Origin: an uncultured Verrucomicrobiae bacterium
GTDB lineage: Bacteria > Verrucomicrobiota > Verrucomicrobiia > Limisphaerales > UBA11358
Direction: 5' to 3'
Length of the DNA: 64,000 bases
Assembly: GCA_963744965.1 (NCBI GenBank)
Contig: CAVUVT010000010.1
Coordinates: forward strand, 202,279 to 266,278
Shown here: one piece after another, positions 27,448 through 35,965 of the stretch
Numbering within the stretch: position 1 is the stretch's first letter
Layout: the number at the start of each line of letters is the position of its first letter
Program-made: the position numbers and the translations under genes
Notes under the pieces: model-generated
Databases searched by the model: none
The model's input: only the letters and a program-made list of their open reading frames with translations
Told to the model about the DNA's origin: nothing

Positions 27448-28644
27448 ATGCGCGTCACGCACATCATCACCCGGCTGGTTGTCGGCGGCGCGCAGGAAAA
27501 CACCGTCGCCTCCGTGCTCGGTCTGCGCCAAAAACCCGGCGTCGAAGTCCATTTGCTCTCCGGCCCGACGACCGGCCCCGAAGGCTCGCTCGAATCTGAA
27601 TTTACGGGCAGGCCGGGCGTCCTCACGCGCGTGCCCGCACTCGTCCGCCCGATTCATCCGCTGAAAGACTGGCTCGCGCTGCGGCAGCTTGAAAAAATTC
27701 TGCGCGAACAAAAGCCTGACATCGTCCACACCCACAGCGGCAAGGCGGGGATTCTCGGCCGCCTCGCGGCCCGGCGCGCCGGCGTGCCGGTGATCATCCA
27801 CCACATTCACGGCCCATCCTTCGGCCCGTTTCAAGGATGGACGGCCAACCGGATTTTTACCGCCGCCGAACGTCATGCCGCCGGAGTCACCACGCATTTC
27901 GTATGCTCCGCCCAGGCCATGACGCGACTCTACCTCGCCGCGGGAATCGGACGCCCGGAAATGTTCACGCGCATTTTCAGCGGCTTCCCCGTGGAACCGT
28001 TTGTGAATGCCGCCAATGATCCCGCCCTCCGCTCTCAATTGGGACTGGCTCCAGATGCCTTTGTAATTGGGAAAATCGCCCGTCTCGCCCCGCTCAAAGG
28101 CCATGGAGATTTGTTCACCGCTTTCCAAAAGCTGTTGCCCCAAATCCCCCAGGCGCGTCTCCTCCTCGTTGGCGATGGCCGTCTGCGAACACAACTTGAA
28201 GCCCGCGCCGGCGCGCTTGGTCTGGTGGACAAGGTGATTTTCACCGGACTGGTCCCGCCCGGCGAGGTGCCGCGTCATGTCGGAATCATGGACTGCCTCG
28301 CCCACCTGTCGGCGCGTGAAGCACTCTCTCGCGCCCTGCCCCAGGCGCTGGCAGCGGGCAAACCTGTCGTTTCCTATAATTTCGACGGCGCAGACGAGAT
28401 TTGTCTCGATGGCGAAACCGGCTTTTTGGTTCAACCCGGCGACACGGCCACTGTCACCCAACGGCTGCTCCAACTCGCCAATGACGCGCCGCTGCGCGAA
28501 CAACTCGGCCGTCGGGGACGGCAATTCGTCCGCGAAAATTTCGCCGTCGAAAAAATGGTGGACGCCATTTACAATCTCTACCTGAAACTGGCCGCCGAAG
28601 CTGGGGTTCAAGCTTCAGCTTGTGCGCCGCGCGAGACAGGCTGA
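27448..28644 (+). CDS. Glycosyltransferase, GT4 family (GT-B fold)
   Basis: 398 aa. MRVTHIITRLVVGGAQE N-terminus and GKIARLAPLKGH. C-terminal REALSRALPQALAAGKPVVSYNFDGADEICLDGETGFLV (EX7E-type region). The last 14 codons run into the repeat at 28603-28656. Confidence 0.85.
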   Translation: MRVTHIITRLVVGGAQENTVASVLGLRQKPGVEVHLLSGPTTGPEGSLESEFTGRPGVLTRVPALVRPIHPLKDWLALRQLEKILREQKPDIVHTHSGKAGILGRLAARRAGVPVIIHHIHGPSFGPFQGWTANRIFTAAERHAAGVTTHFVCSAQAMTRLYLAAGIGRPEMFTRIFSGFPVEPFVNAANDPALRSQLGLAPDAFVIGKIARLAPLKGHGDLFTAFQKLLPQIPQARLLLVGDGRLRTQLEARAGALGLVDKVIFTGLVPPGEVPRHVGIMDCLAHLSAREALSRALPQALAAGKPVVSYNFDGADEICLDGETGFLVQPGDTATVTQRLLQLANDAPLREQLGRRGRQFVRENFAVEKMVDAIYNLYLKLAAEAGVQASACAPRETG

Positions 28645-28656
28645 AGCCTGAACTCC
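28603..28656. repeat. Palindromic repeat of the same family as 19220-19282
   Basis: ggggttcaagcttcagcttg (28603-28622) against caggctgaagcctgaactcc (28637-28656): 17 of 20 positions are complementary. It shares CTGAAG..GAACTCC with the 19263-19282 arm. Confidence 0.5.
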
Positions 28657-28660
28657 AACC

Positions 28661-29638
28661 ATGACTTTTCCATTCAATTTTTTTTGCGCCGCCTTTGCCG
28701 GCGCGTTGCTGACAACGCTGCTGGCGCTGCCGCTCTGGCGCAAATGGTGCCTGCGCATCAATCTCGTGGACGACCCCGGCCAGCGCAAAATCCACGACGC
28801 GCCGATCCCGCTGGCAGGCGGGTTCGCCGTGCTTACCGGTATTTTGCTGCCGCTCGCCGCCGGCGCGGTTTTTCTCAAACTCGGAATGGTAAAGATTTCT
28901 TTCGCGTCGTTGATTGTTCACGGCATCAATCGTCGCGCCATCGAACTCGCCGTCATCGCGTTCGGTGCGATTGCGATAACCGTGCTCGGCTGGCTCGACG
29001 ATAAACATGAATTGAAGCCGCTCCCGAAGTTCATCGGCCAGTTGCTGGTCGCCGCCGCCGTCGCCCTGGCCTGCAAGCGCATCACGCTCTTCGTGCCCAG
29101 CGTCGCGTTCAGCTACGCCATTACCATTCTGTGGGTGCTCACGGTCGTCAACGCGTTCAATTTCATGGACAACATGAACGGCCTGTGCGCCGGGCTGGGC
29201 GCGATTGGCGCGTGGCAGTTTGCTGTCATCGCCGCGGGGGAGGGCGAATACCTTGTGGCGTTGATTGCGTTTCTGGCGTGCGGCGCGCTCGCCGGTTTTT
29301 TGCCATACAACTTTCCCGAGGCGCGCGCCTTTCTCGGCGACGCGGGAAGCCATCTCGTCGGTTATCTGCTCGCGGTGCTGGCGATCCTGCCGCACTTTTA
29401 CTCGAAAAGGAATCCGCACCCGCTTGCCGTGCTCTCGCCACTGTTCGTGCTGGCCCTTCCACTGGCCGACCTCGCCTGGGTCGTCATCCAGCGCACGCTG
29501 GCGGGCAAACCATTTTATATCGGCGACACGAATCATCTCTCGCACCGGCTCGTCCGCACGGGGTTGAGCCGTGCCCGCGCCGTCCTGGTCATCTGGTTGG
29601 TCGCCGCCGCCGTCGGTTCCATCGCCTGGTGGCTTTGA
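28661..29638 (+). CDS. MraY/WecA-family polyprenyl-phosphate N-acetylhexosamine-1-phosphate transferase
   Basis: 325 aa, polytopic. VDDPGQRKIHDAPIPLAGG, GWLDDKHELKP, NAFNFMDNMNGL and FLGDAGSH motifs of the family. Confidence 0.85.
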   Translation: MTFPFNFFCAAFAGALLTTLLALPLWRKWCLRINLVDDPGQRKIHDAPIPLAGGFAVLTGILLPLAAGAVFLKLGMVKISFASLIVHGINRRAIELAVIAFGAIAITVLGWLDDKHELKPLPKFIGQLLVAAAVALACKRITLFVPSVAFSYAITILWVLTVVNAFNFMDNMNGLCAGLGAIGAWQFAVIAAGEGEYLVALIAFLACGALAGFLPYNFPEARAFLGDAGSHLVGYLLAVLAILPHFYSKRNPHPLAVLSPLFVLALPLADLAWVVIQRTLAGKPFYIGDTNHLSHRLVRTGLSRARAVLVIWLVAAAVGSIAWWL

Positions 29639-29905
29639 AAAGCAGGAAACGACGCAAGGAGCCTCATGCTTCAAAATTGAAAATCGGAATTAAATTGAGA
29701 CTTGTTCCCTCGATTCCTGCAAGGTCGGGATGCGGCGGGCGTTTACGGGCTGGCGGCGATCATCCGAAAGCAACTGGAGATCGAGGCGAGCCTGTTGACG
29801 ATGCTCTGAGCGTCCAAAAAAGTGCAGGCAGGTTGCCACAGTGGCCGGGGCACCGGCCCGGCGTCATGGCTGGTCAAGTGCCAGCTAAATGACATTAAAA
29901 CCGGG

Positions 29906-31015
29906 TTACTTCAAATTAGCCGGGTTCAGCGGCTTCAAGTCCTTCGGCACGAACAGTCCGTTTTTGCGGATTAGTTCACCGTCGAACCACACTTCCCCGC
30001 CGCCCCATTCGGGACGCTGGATCAGCACCATGTCCCAATGCACCGCCGAGCGGTTGCCATTGTCGCATTCCTCGTAGGCCTGGCCGGGCGTGAAGTGCAG
30101 CGAACCGGCGATTTTCTCGTCGAACAAAATGTCGCACATCGGGTTTAAAATGTAGGGATTGAACCCCAGTGAAAATTCGCCCACGTAACGCGCGCCGGCG
30201 TCGGTGTCCAGAATTTCATTCAGCCGTTTCGGGTTGTTCGCCGCTGCGTTGACCACTTTGCCGGCCTTGAATTCGAGCCGTACGTTTTCAAATTTTGTGC
30301 CTGCATAAATCGTCGGTGTGTTGAATTGAATCACGCCGTTCACGGAATTCTTCACCGGACAGGAAAACACTTCGCCGTCGGGGATGTTGCGGTCGCCCTG
30401 GCACATTTTCGCGCCGATGCCCTTGAGGCTGAAGGTGAGGTCGGTGCCGGGGCTTTTGAGCTGGACGCGGTCGGCGCGTTTCATCCGGCGTTCGAGCGGA
30501 ACCATCGCGCGCGCCATTTTCGCGTAATTCATCGTGCATACTTCGAAATACAGGTTTTCAAACGCCTCGGTGCTCATGCCGGCCGCCTGCGCCATGCCCG
30601 GCGTCGGCCAGCGCAGCACGCACCAGCGCGTCCGGTTCACGCGATAATCGAGCACGGGCCGCGTGATGCGGGAGTAAAGCGACATGTGCCCGGACGGCAC
30701 GTCGGAATTTTCACTGGCGTTCTCGCTGCCGCGAATGGCGATGTAAACCTGCATTTTCTTCATGCGGCACAGCTCAAGGTCGCGTGCCAGCGCGGCCTGC
30801 CGACCGGTCATTTTGAGCAGGAGTTCGCGCGAAATGCGCGTATGGCGGATTTCGACCAGCGGCGTGCCGCCGGCGGCGCGGACGGCGCGCATGAGTTCAA
30901 TGGAAAATTCGTCGGGCACATCAATCAGGTCCAGCAACGCGCAGTCGCCCTTTTTGACCTGGGTGGAATAATTCACGAGCAGTTTCGCCAGTTTCTGGTA
31001 ACGCAGATCGGTCAT
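29906..31015 (-). CDS. Aminopeptidase, M29 (AmpS/PepS) family
   Basis: 369 aa. YQKLAKLLVNYSTQVKKGD.. N-terminus and C-terminal ..GEFSLGFNP..DILFDEKIAGSLHFTPGQAY.. pattern of thermophilic-metalloprotease M29 enzymes. Confidence 0.8.
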   Translation of the reverse strand: MTDLRYQKLAKLLVNYSTQVKKGDCALLDLIDVPDEFSIELMRAVRAAGGTPLVEIRHTRISRELLLKMTGRQAALARDLELCRMKKMQVYIAIRGSENASENSDVPSGHMSLYSRITRPVLDYRVNRTRWCVLRWPTPGMAQAAGMSTEAFENLYFEVCTMNYAKMARAMVPLERRMKRADRVQLKSPGTDLTFSLKGIGAKMCQGDRNIPDGEVFSCPVKNSVNGVIQFNTPTIYAGTKFENVRLEFKAGKVVNAAANNPKRLNEILDTDAGARYVGEFSLGFNPYILNPMCDILFDEKIAGSLHFTPGQAYEECDNGNRSAVHWDMVLIQRPEWGGGEVWFDGELIRKNGLFVPKDLKPLNPANLK

Positions 31016-31097
31016 AATCCTTCAAGGCTAACCGGACAAACGGCTTTGTCCAGCGGAGTCATTGCAACTTGTTGAAATATGCGGTTATGATAAACTA

Positions 31098-33032
31098 ATG
31101 CACATGAAGCTCGATTTTTACGCGGGGGCGGCGTTTTTGTTCCTGGCGCTGGCCGCGCGGGCGCAGACAACGGCGTTCACCTATCAAGGACAGTTGAACA
31201 GCACCAACAATGCCGTCACCGGCGCTTACGATTTCCGGTTCAGGATTTTTGACGCGAACAGCAACGTCCTGGCCGGGCCGCTGACCAACGCGCCGGTTGG
31301 CGTTACGAACGGGCTGTTCACCGTGGCGCTGGACTTCGGCGCGGGCGTCTTCAACGGCAGTTCGCGCTCGCTGGAAATCGCCGTGCGCGGCTACGGCGGC
31401 ACGAATGCCTACACCGCTCTCTCGCCGTGGCAGGCGCTGACCTCCGTGCCGTATGCGATTCAGGCGATCAACGCTTCCAACGCAGTGACACTGACCGCGC
31501 CATTGCCGGGGACAAATCTGATTGGGACCATTCCCAACTCGCTGCTTTCCACCAACGTGGCGTTGCTCACCAATAATGTGATTTTTTCCGGCAGCGTGAT
31601 CGCAACCAATTTCACCGGCAACGGGTTCGGTTTGTCCAACGTGCCGGCCACCAGCCTCACCGGCACCATTCCTGACGCGCGGCTGTCCGCGAACGTGGCG
31701 TTGCAAAGCAATCCCAACTTGAATTTCGCCGGCGCGGTTTCGGCCACCAACTTCACCGGGGCCGGCCACGGGCTGACCAACGTGCCGGGCGCGTTTTTCT
31801 GGGTGACGGTTTCGAATCCGAGCGCACAAATCCAGCCCAACATCGGTTATATTGTCACCAACAACACGACGCCGGTGACATTGACCCTGCCTTTGACGCC
31901 GAGCGTCGGGGATGTTTACAAAGTAGCCGCCGTGGGCGCGGGAGGGTGGATCATCGCGCAGAACACCAAACAAACAATTCTGAGCGGAAATCTTTCCGGC
32001 AGCATCGGGCAAAACTGGAATGCCGGTGGATCCAGCGCCGCCAATTGGTCAACGGTCGCGTCGTCGGCGGACGGGACGAAACTGGCCGCCGCGATCAACA
32101 GTGGTAATATCTATATTTCGACCAATGCCGGCGCGAGTTGGGTGCAACAAGCTGCGAGTGTTGGGAATGTGTATTGGTCTTCCATCGCTTCTTCCGCCGA
32201 CGGGAGCAAACTTGTGGCGGCGGTTGGCTATACCATTTACAGTACGGGGCAGACTGGTTATATTTATACCAACTCCGGCGCGACGTGGGCGCACACCGGC
32301 AGCTCCGGGAATTGGTCTGGTGTGGCTTCCTCCGCCGATGGAACCAAACTTGTGGCAACCGACCACAACAATAACTTGATTGCGGTCTCATCCAATGGCG
32401 GGGTTTCATGGACTACGACGAGCTTTTCTTCGATCCTTTGGACATCGGTCGCGTCCTCTGCTGACGGCACCAAATTGGTGGCGGTGGCGAGCAGCGGCCA
32501 GATTTATACTTCAACCAACTCCGGCTCATCCTGGACGCAGCAGGTTAGCGGCAGCGTAAATTGGACTGCCGTAGCGTCTTCATCTGATGGAACCAGACTG
32601 GTTGCGACGGGGAATAGCGGCCAGATTTACGTTTCCGTCAATTCAGGTGTCACTTGGATTGCGCAAAGTTCACCCGTAACCGGCGTATTAACATCCGTCG
32701 CTTCCTCGGCCGACGGCTCGCGGCTGGCGGTTGCCTCGGGCGGTTCTGGAGCCACCGGCAACATTTATATCTCCTCCGATTTCGGTTCAACCTGGACGCA
32801 ATCGGCCGGAGCGCCCACCGCTTCGTGGGCCGACATCGCGTCCTCCGCCGATGGCAGTCTGCTCGCAGCGGTGGTCTATGGCGGCTACATTTACGTTTCG
32901 TCCCAAAGCAGCACGACGACCGGCACGGCGGGTTATTTGATCGGCCCGCAGCACAGCGCCATTGAATTGATTTACGCCGGCAATAATCTGTTTCTGCCGC
33001 TGAGTCACGAAGGAGCCATCCGGGCATATTAA
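31098..33032 (+). CDS. Secreted protein: tail-fibre-like N-terminal region plus about 7 Asp-box (BNR-like) propeller repeats
   Basis: Signal peptide MHMKLDFYAGAAFLFLALAARAQ. TAFTYQGQL..GAYDFRFRIFDA and repeated ..FTGxGxGLxNVP.. motifs. Then seven units of W(S/T)xVASSADG(T/S)KLVA..G.IY.S.N.G.SW. Confidence 0.7.
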   Translation: MHMKLDFYAGAAFLFLALAARAQTTAFTYQGQLNSTNNAVTGAYDFRFRIFDANSNVLAGPLTNAPVGVTNGLFTVALDFGAGVFNGSSRSLEIAVRGYGGTNAYTALSPWQALTSVPYAIQAINASNAVTLTAPLPGTNLIGTIPNSLLSTNVALLTNNVIFSGSVIATNFTGNGFGLSNVPATSLTGTIPDARLSANVALQSNPNLNFAGAVSATNFTGAGHGLTNVPGAFFWVTVSNPSAQIQPNIGYIVTNNTTPVTLTLPLTPSVGDVYKVAAVGAGGWIIAQNTKQTILSGNLSGSIGQNWNAGGSSAANWSTVASSADGTKLAAAINSGNIYISTNAGASWVQQAASVGNVYWSSIASSADGSKLVAAVGYTIYSTGQTGYIYTNSGATWAHTGSSGNWSGVASSADGTKLVATDHNNNLIAVSSNGGVSWTTTSFSSILWTSVASSADGTKLVAVASSGQIYTSTNSGSSWTQQVSGSVNWTAVASSSDGTRLVATGNSGQIYVSVNSGVTWIAQSSPVTGVLTSVASSADGSRLAVASGGSGATGNIYISSDFGSTWTQSAGAPTASWADIASSADGSLLAAVVYGGYIYVSSQSSTTTGTAGYLIGPQHSAIELIYAGNNLFLPLSHEGAIRAY

Positions 33033-33039
33033 AAATCAG

Positions 33040-34941
33040 ATGAACCGGGAACAATTGGACCGTTGGTGTGAGCGGAGCATTCTGGGTTTGGTGCTCGGCA
33101 TCCTGGTTTTTGGCCCGTTGGCGATGGGCGCGGTGGACGCGCTGGAATTTCTCGTCATTCAAGGATTGACGGTGGCCGTGATGCTCGTGTGGGCGCTGCG
33201 ATTGTGGATCAGCCCGAAACCGCAATTGCTCTGGCCGCCCCTGGGTTGGGTGGTGCTTGCGTTCGCGGCCCTGGCCGTCGGGCGTTATCTCACGGCGGAC
33301 ATCGAATACGTCGCCCGGCTGGAAATGATCCAGGTGTTGATGTATGCGTTCCTGTTTTTTGCCATCGTCAACAATTTGTACCGGCAGGAATCGGTGCAGA
33401 TCATCAGTTTCACGCTGATTTTTCTGGCGATGGGAATTTCGTGCTTTGCCGGCTATCAATTTTTGACGCACTCGAATCGGGTCTGGGATTACGCCTCGCC
33501 TTATCCGGGCCGCGCCTCGGGCACTTATATTTCACCGAACAATTTCGCAGGTTTTCTGGAAATGCTTCTGCCGCTGGGCATGGCCTATGTCATGGTGGGG
33601 CGAATGAAGCCGGTTGTCCGGATTTTGCTCGGTTACGCGGCGCTGGTCATGCTGGCGGGAATGGCGGTGACGTTTTCGCGCGGCGGCTGGGTGGCCGTCG
33701 CCGTGGCGTTGCTGGTGCTTTTGGGAGCATTGATTTTTCACCGCAACCACCGGTTGCCCGCGCTTTTGCTTCTGGTTGTTTTGGCCGGTGGCGGAACGAT
33801 TTTTGTCGCCAATTATTTTTCAAAAACGCTCAGTTACATGCGCCGCGTGGCAGGACCCGGAGAAACCGGACAACTTGACTTTACGGTCCGCCGAGACATC
33901 TGGACGGCGGCGGAACAGATGTGGCGGGATCATTTTTGGTGGGGCGTCGGGCCGGCGCATTACGACTACCGTTTCCGGGAATATCGTCCGGAAAGTGTCC
34001 AGATGAGTCCCGACCGCGCCCACAATGATTACTTGAACCTGCTGGCTGATTGGGGCACAGCGGGCGGAATCATCGTGCTTGCCGGCATGGTGACATTCGG
34101 TGCGGGATTGCGAAAAACGTGGAAATATGTCCGCCCGTCGGAAAGTGATTTTGGCCGTGGCTTGAGCAATCGTTTTGCTTTTTTCCTCGGCGCGTCCGCC
34201 GGATTGTTCGCGCTGGCGGTGCATTCAGTGGTGGACTTCAATCTGCACATTCCGGCCAATGCAATTCTCGGGGTGACGTTGCTGGCGTTGTTGAGCAGCA
34301 ACCTGCGGTTTGCCACGGAGCGTCACTGGCTGGGCGCGCGCCTGCCCGTCAAAATGGCCGCCACTTTGATGCTGGTTGCAGGGATTGCCTATTTAGGCTG
34401 CCAGGCCTGGCGTCGCGGGCATGAAGCGGTCTGGCTGGCACGGGCGGAACAGTCGCCGGTTTACTCACCAACGCAGGCCGCAAATTTAAAAAAGGCGTTT
34501 GACGCCGAGTGGAAGAATTCTGAAACGGCCTACAACATCGGCGAAGCTTATCGGGTCCAAAGCTTCGACGGCGGACAAAATTACGAAGACCTGGCAAAAA
34601 CGGCGATGCAATGGTATGCGTGCGGGATGAAACTCAATCCGCATGACGGCTACAATTATTTGCGTTATGGCATGTGTCTTGACTGGCTGGAGAAGCACGC
34701 TGAGGCCGGGCCGTATTTCAACCGCGCTGATGCGCTTGACGCCAACGGCTATTACACAGCGGCGAACATTGGGTGGCATTACGTTCAGGTTGGAAATTAT
34801 GCCGCCGCCCGGCCGTGGCTGGAACGGTCTCTGCGGCTTCACTGGCAGCAAAATGGAGCGGCCGCCTCTTATCTGGAAATCGTCGAGGGCAAACTCGTCG
34901 AAAATGCCTCCGGCCAGAACGCCTTGCCCGCCGGTTTTTGA
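33040..34941 (+). CDS. O-antigen ligase/polymerase-family (Wzy_C) membrane protein with C-terminal TPR domain
   Basis: 633 aa. About 11 TM helices with FSRGGWVAVAVALLVL and the periplasmic-loop AHNDYLNLLADWG motif of the RfaL/Wzy_C family. The C-terminal 180 aa are TPR-like (..YNIGEAYRVQ..NPHDGYNYLRYGMCLDWLEKHAEAGPYFNRADALD..). Confidence 0.8.
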   Translation: MNREQLDRWCERSILGLVLGILVFGPLAMGAVDALEFLVIQGLTVAVMLVWALRLWISPKPQLLWPPLGWVVLAFAALAVGRYLTADIEYVARLEMIQVLMYAFLFFAIVNNLYRQESVQIISFTLIFLAMGISCFAGYQFLTHSNRVWDYASPYPGRASGTYISPNNFAGFLEMLLPLGMAYVMVGRMKPVVRILLGYAALVMLAGMAVTFSRGGWVAVAVALLVLLGALIFHRNHRLPALLLLVVLAGGGTIFVANYFSKTLSYMRRVAGPGETGQLDFTVRRDIWTAAEQMWRDHFWWGVGPAHYDYRFREYRPESVQMSPDRAHNDYLNLLADWGTAGGIIVLAGMVTFGAGLRKTWKYVRPSESDFGRGLSNRFAFFLGASAGLFALAVHSVVDFNLHIPANAILGVTLLALLSSNLRFATERHWLGARLPVKMAATLMLVAGIAYLGCQAWRRGHEAVWLARAEQSPVYSPTQAANLKKAFDAEWKNSETAYNIGEAYRVQSFDGGQNYEDLAKTAMQWYACGMKLNPHDGYNYLRYGMCLDWLEKHAEAGPYFNRADALDANGYYTAANIGWHYVQVGNYAAARPWLERSLRLHWQQNGAAASYLEIVEGKLVENASGQNALPAGF

Positions 34942-34966
34942 GCGCAAAATGGCAAGGAATTACAAG

Positions 34967-34994
34967 TTGACATTTGACGGTTTTTCCTTATACT
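34967..34994 (+). promoter_or_regulatory. Near-consensus sigma-70-type promoter (TTGACA-16 nt-TATACT) upstream of the FecR-like gene
   Basis: TTGACA at 34967-34972 and TATACT at 34989-34994, which is 34 nt upstream of the ATG at 35028. Sequence reading only. Confidence 0.35.
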
Positions 34995-35027
34995 GGTAAC
35001 AAGTAGAAAAAAAACTGGAAGAAAATT

Positions 35028-35861
35028 ATGAAACACGTTCAGACTTTGGTCTTTGCGGCGATTTCGGGGTTTGTCTTGATGCTGGCTGCTGATGCATTTG
35101 CCCAGTCAATCCACCCGGGCGTGGTCACCGTGGTTCGTATTGTGGGCGAAGCCAGATACTCATTGGGAGATGGCATATGGCATCCGCTGGTGGCGGGCAA
35201 AATTCTCACGCCCGGCGCCGTCCTCCAGACCGGGCACGATGCAACCGTGGACGTTATTTTGGGCAAAAAAATACTGTTGCCCCAGGCAGATCCATTGCCG
35301 GATCGAATCTCTATGGCAGAGGATCCATACGTGCGCGGCTTTGTTTCATACAAACCATCAGTGGAACAAAACGCCATTCGCCTGACGGGCGATACGGTGT
35401 TGGCCATTGATAAGCTGACCGTTTCAGACACGGGAGTGGACACCGTTAGTGACACGGAACTGGATTTGCGCCAGGGCCGCATTTACTGCAGCGTCAAAAA
35501 ACTTTCCGGCGCGTCCCAATACCTTATTAAAATTCCCAACGGCATAGCTGGCGTTCGCGGCACGCTGTTCGTTATTGACGCAAACGGTTACGTGGGCGTG
35601 CTAAGAAATTCCGTGGTGCTTTCCATCATTGGCCCGGATGGCAAACCCATCACCGTGGTTGTGGGTGAAGGCAGCCAGTTTGATCCCAAAAGTGGTCTGA
35701 TTGCCCCGTTGACTGCTGACTTGACTGCCGCGTTGGATCAAGTCATCACGCCGCTCCGCACGCTGTATTGGGGAGACGTTAACTTTACATTTGACAGAAC
35801 CCAATGCCGCATTTCGCCAACCCAGGGGTATAACCCGCCGCCACACGGGCATCCCCATTAA
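35028..35861 (+). CDS. Secreted FecR-domain-like protein
   Basis: 277 aa with a signal peptide. GVVTVVRIVGEARYSLGDGIWHPLVAGKILTPGAVLQTGHDATVDVIL resembles the FecR sensing domain. It sits directly upstream of a CHASE2 cyclase, a recurrent pairing. Confidence 0.65.
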   Translation: MKHVQTLVFAAISGFVLMLAADAFAQSIHPGVVTVVRIVGEARYSLGDGIWHPLVAGKILTPGAVLQTGHDATVDVILGKKILLPQADPLPDRISMAEDPYVRGFVSYKPSVEQNAIRLTGDTVLAIDKLTVSDTGVDTVSDTELDLRQGRIYCSVKKLSGASQYLIKIPNGIAGVRGTLFVIDANGYVGVLRNSVVLSIIGPDGKPITVVVGEGSQFDPKSGLIAPLTADLTAALDQVITPLRTLYWGDVNFTFDRTQCRISPTQGYNPPPHGHPH

Positions 35862-35927
35862 GTGGTGACTGGGGTTTTGACGCGACGTAACAATAGAAAC
35901 TCGGATCCTCGGAAGCTTTTCATCGAA

Positions 35928-35963
35928 ACCAGAGCAGCCTTGAGTTGTTCTGGTTTTTTGTTT
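35928..35963 (+). terminator. Terminator-like hairpin plus T-run between the FecR-like gene and the cyclase
   Basis: accagagca-gccttgagt-tgttctggt (9-bp stem with one G-U pair) followed by tttttgttt. It ends 2 nt before the annotated TTG start of the cyclase. Confidence 0.35.
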
Positions 35964-35965
35964 AA

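Noticed and set aside
29639-29905. 267-bp non-coding gap between the wecA-like gene and the aminopeptidase as a candidate sRNA locus.
   Set aside because: I found no promoter/terminator pair and no conserved structure I could recognise. The genes are convergent, so a spacer is expected.
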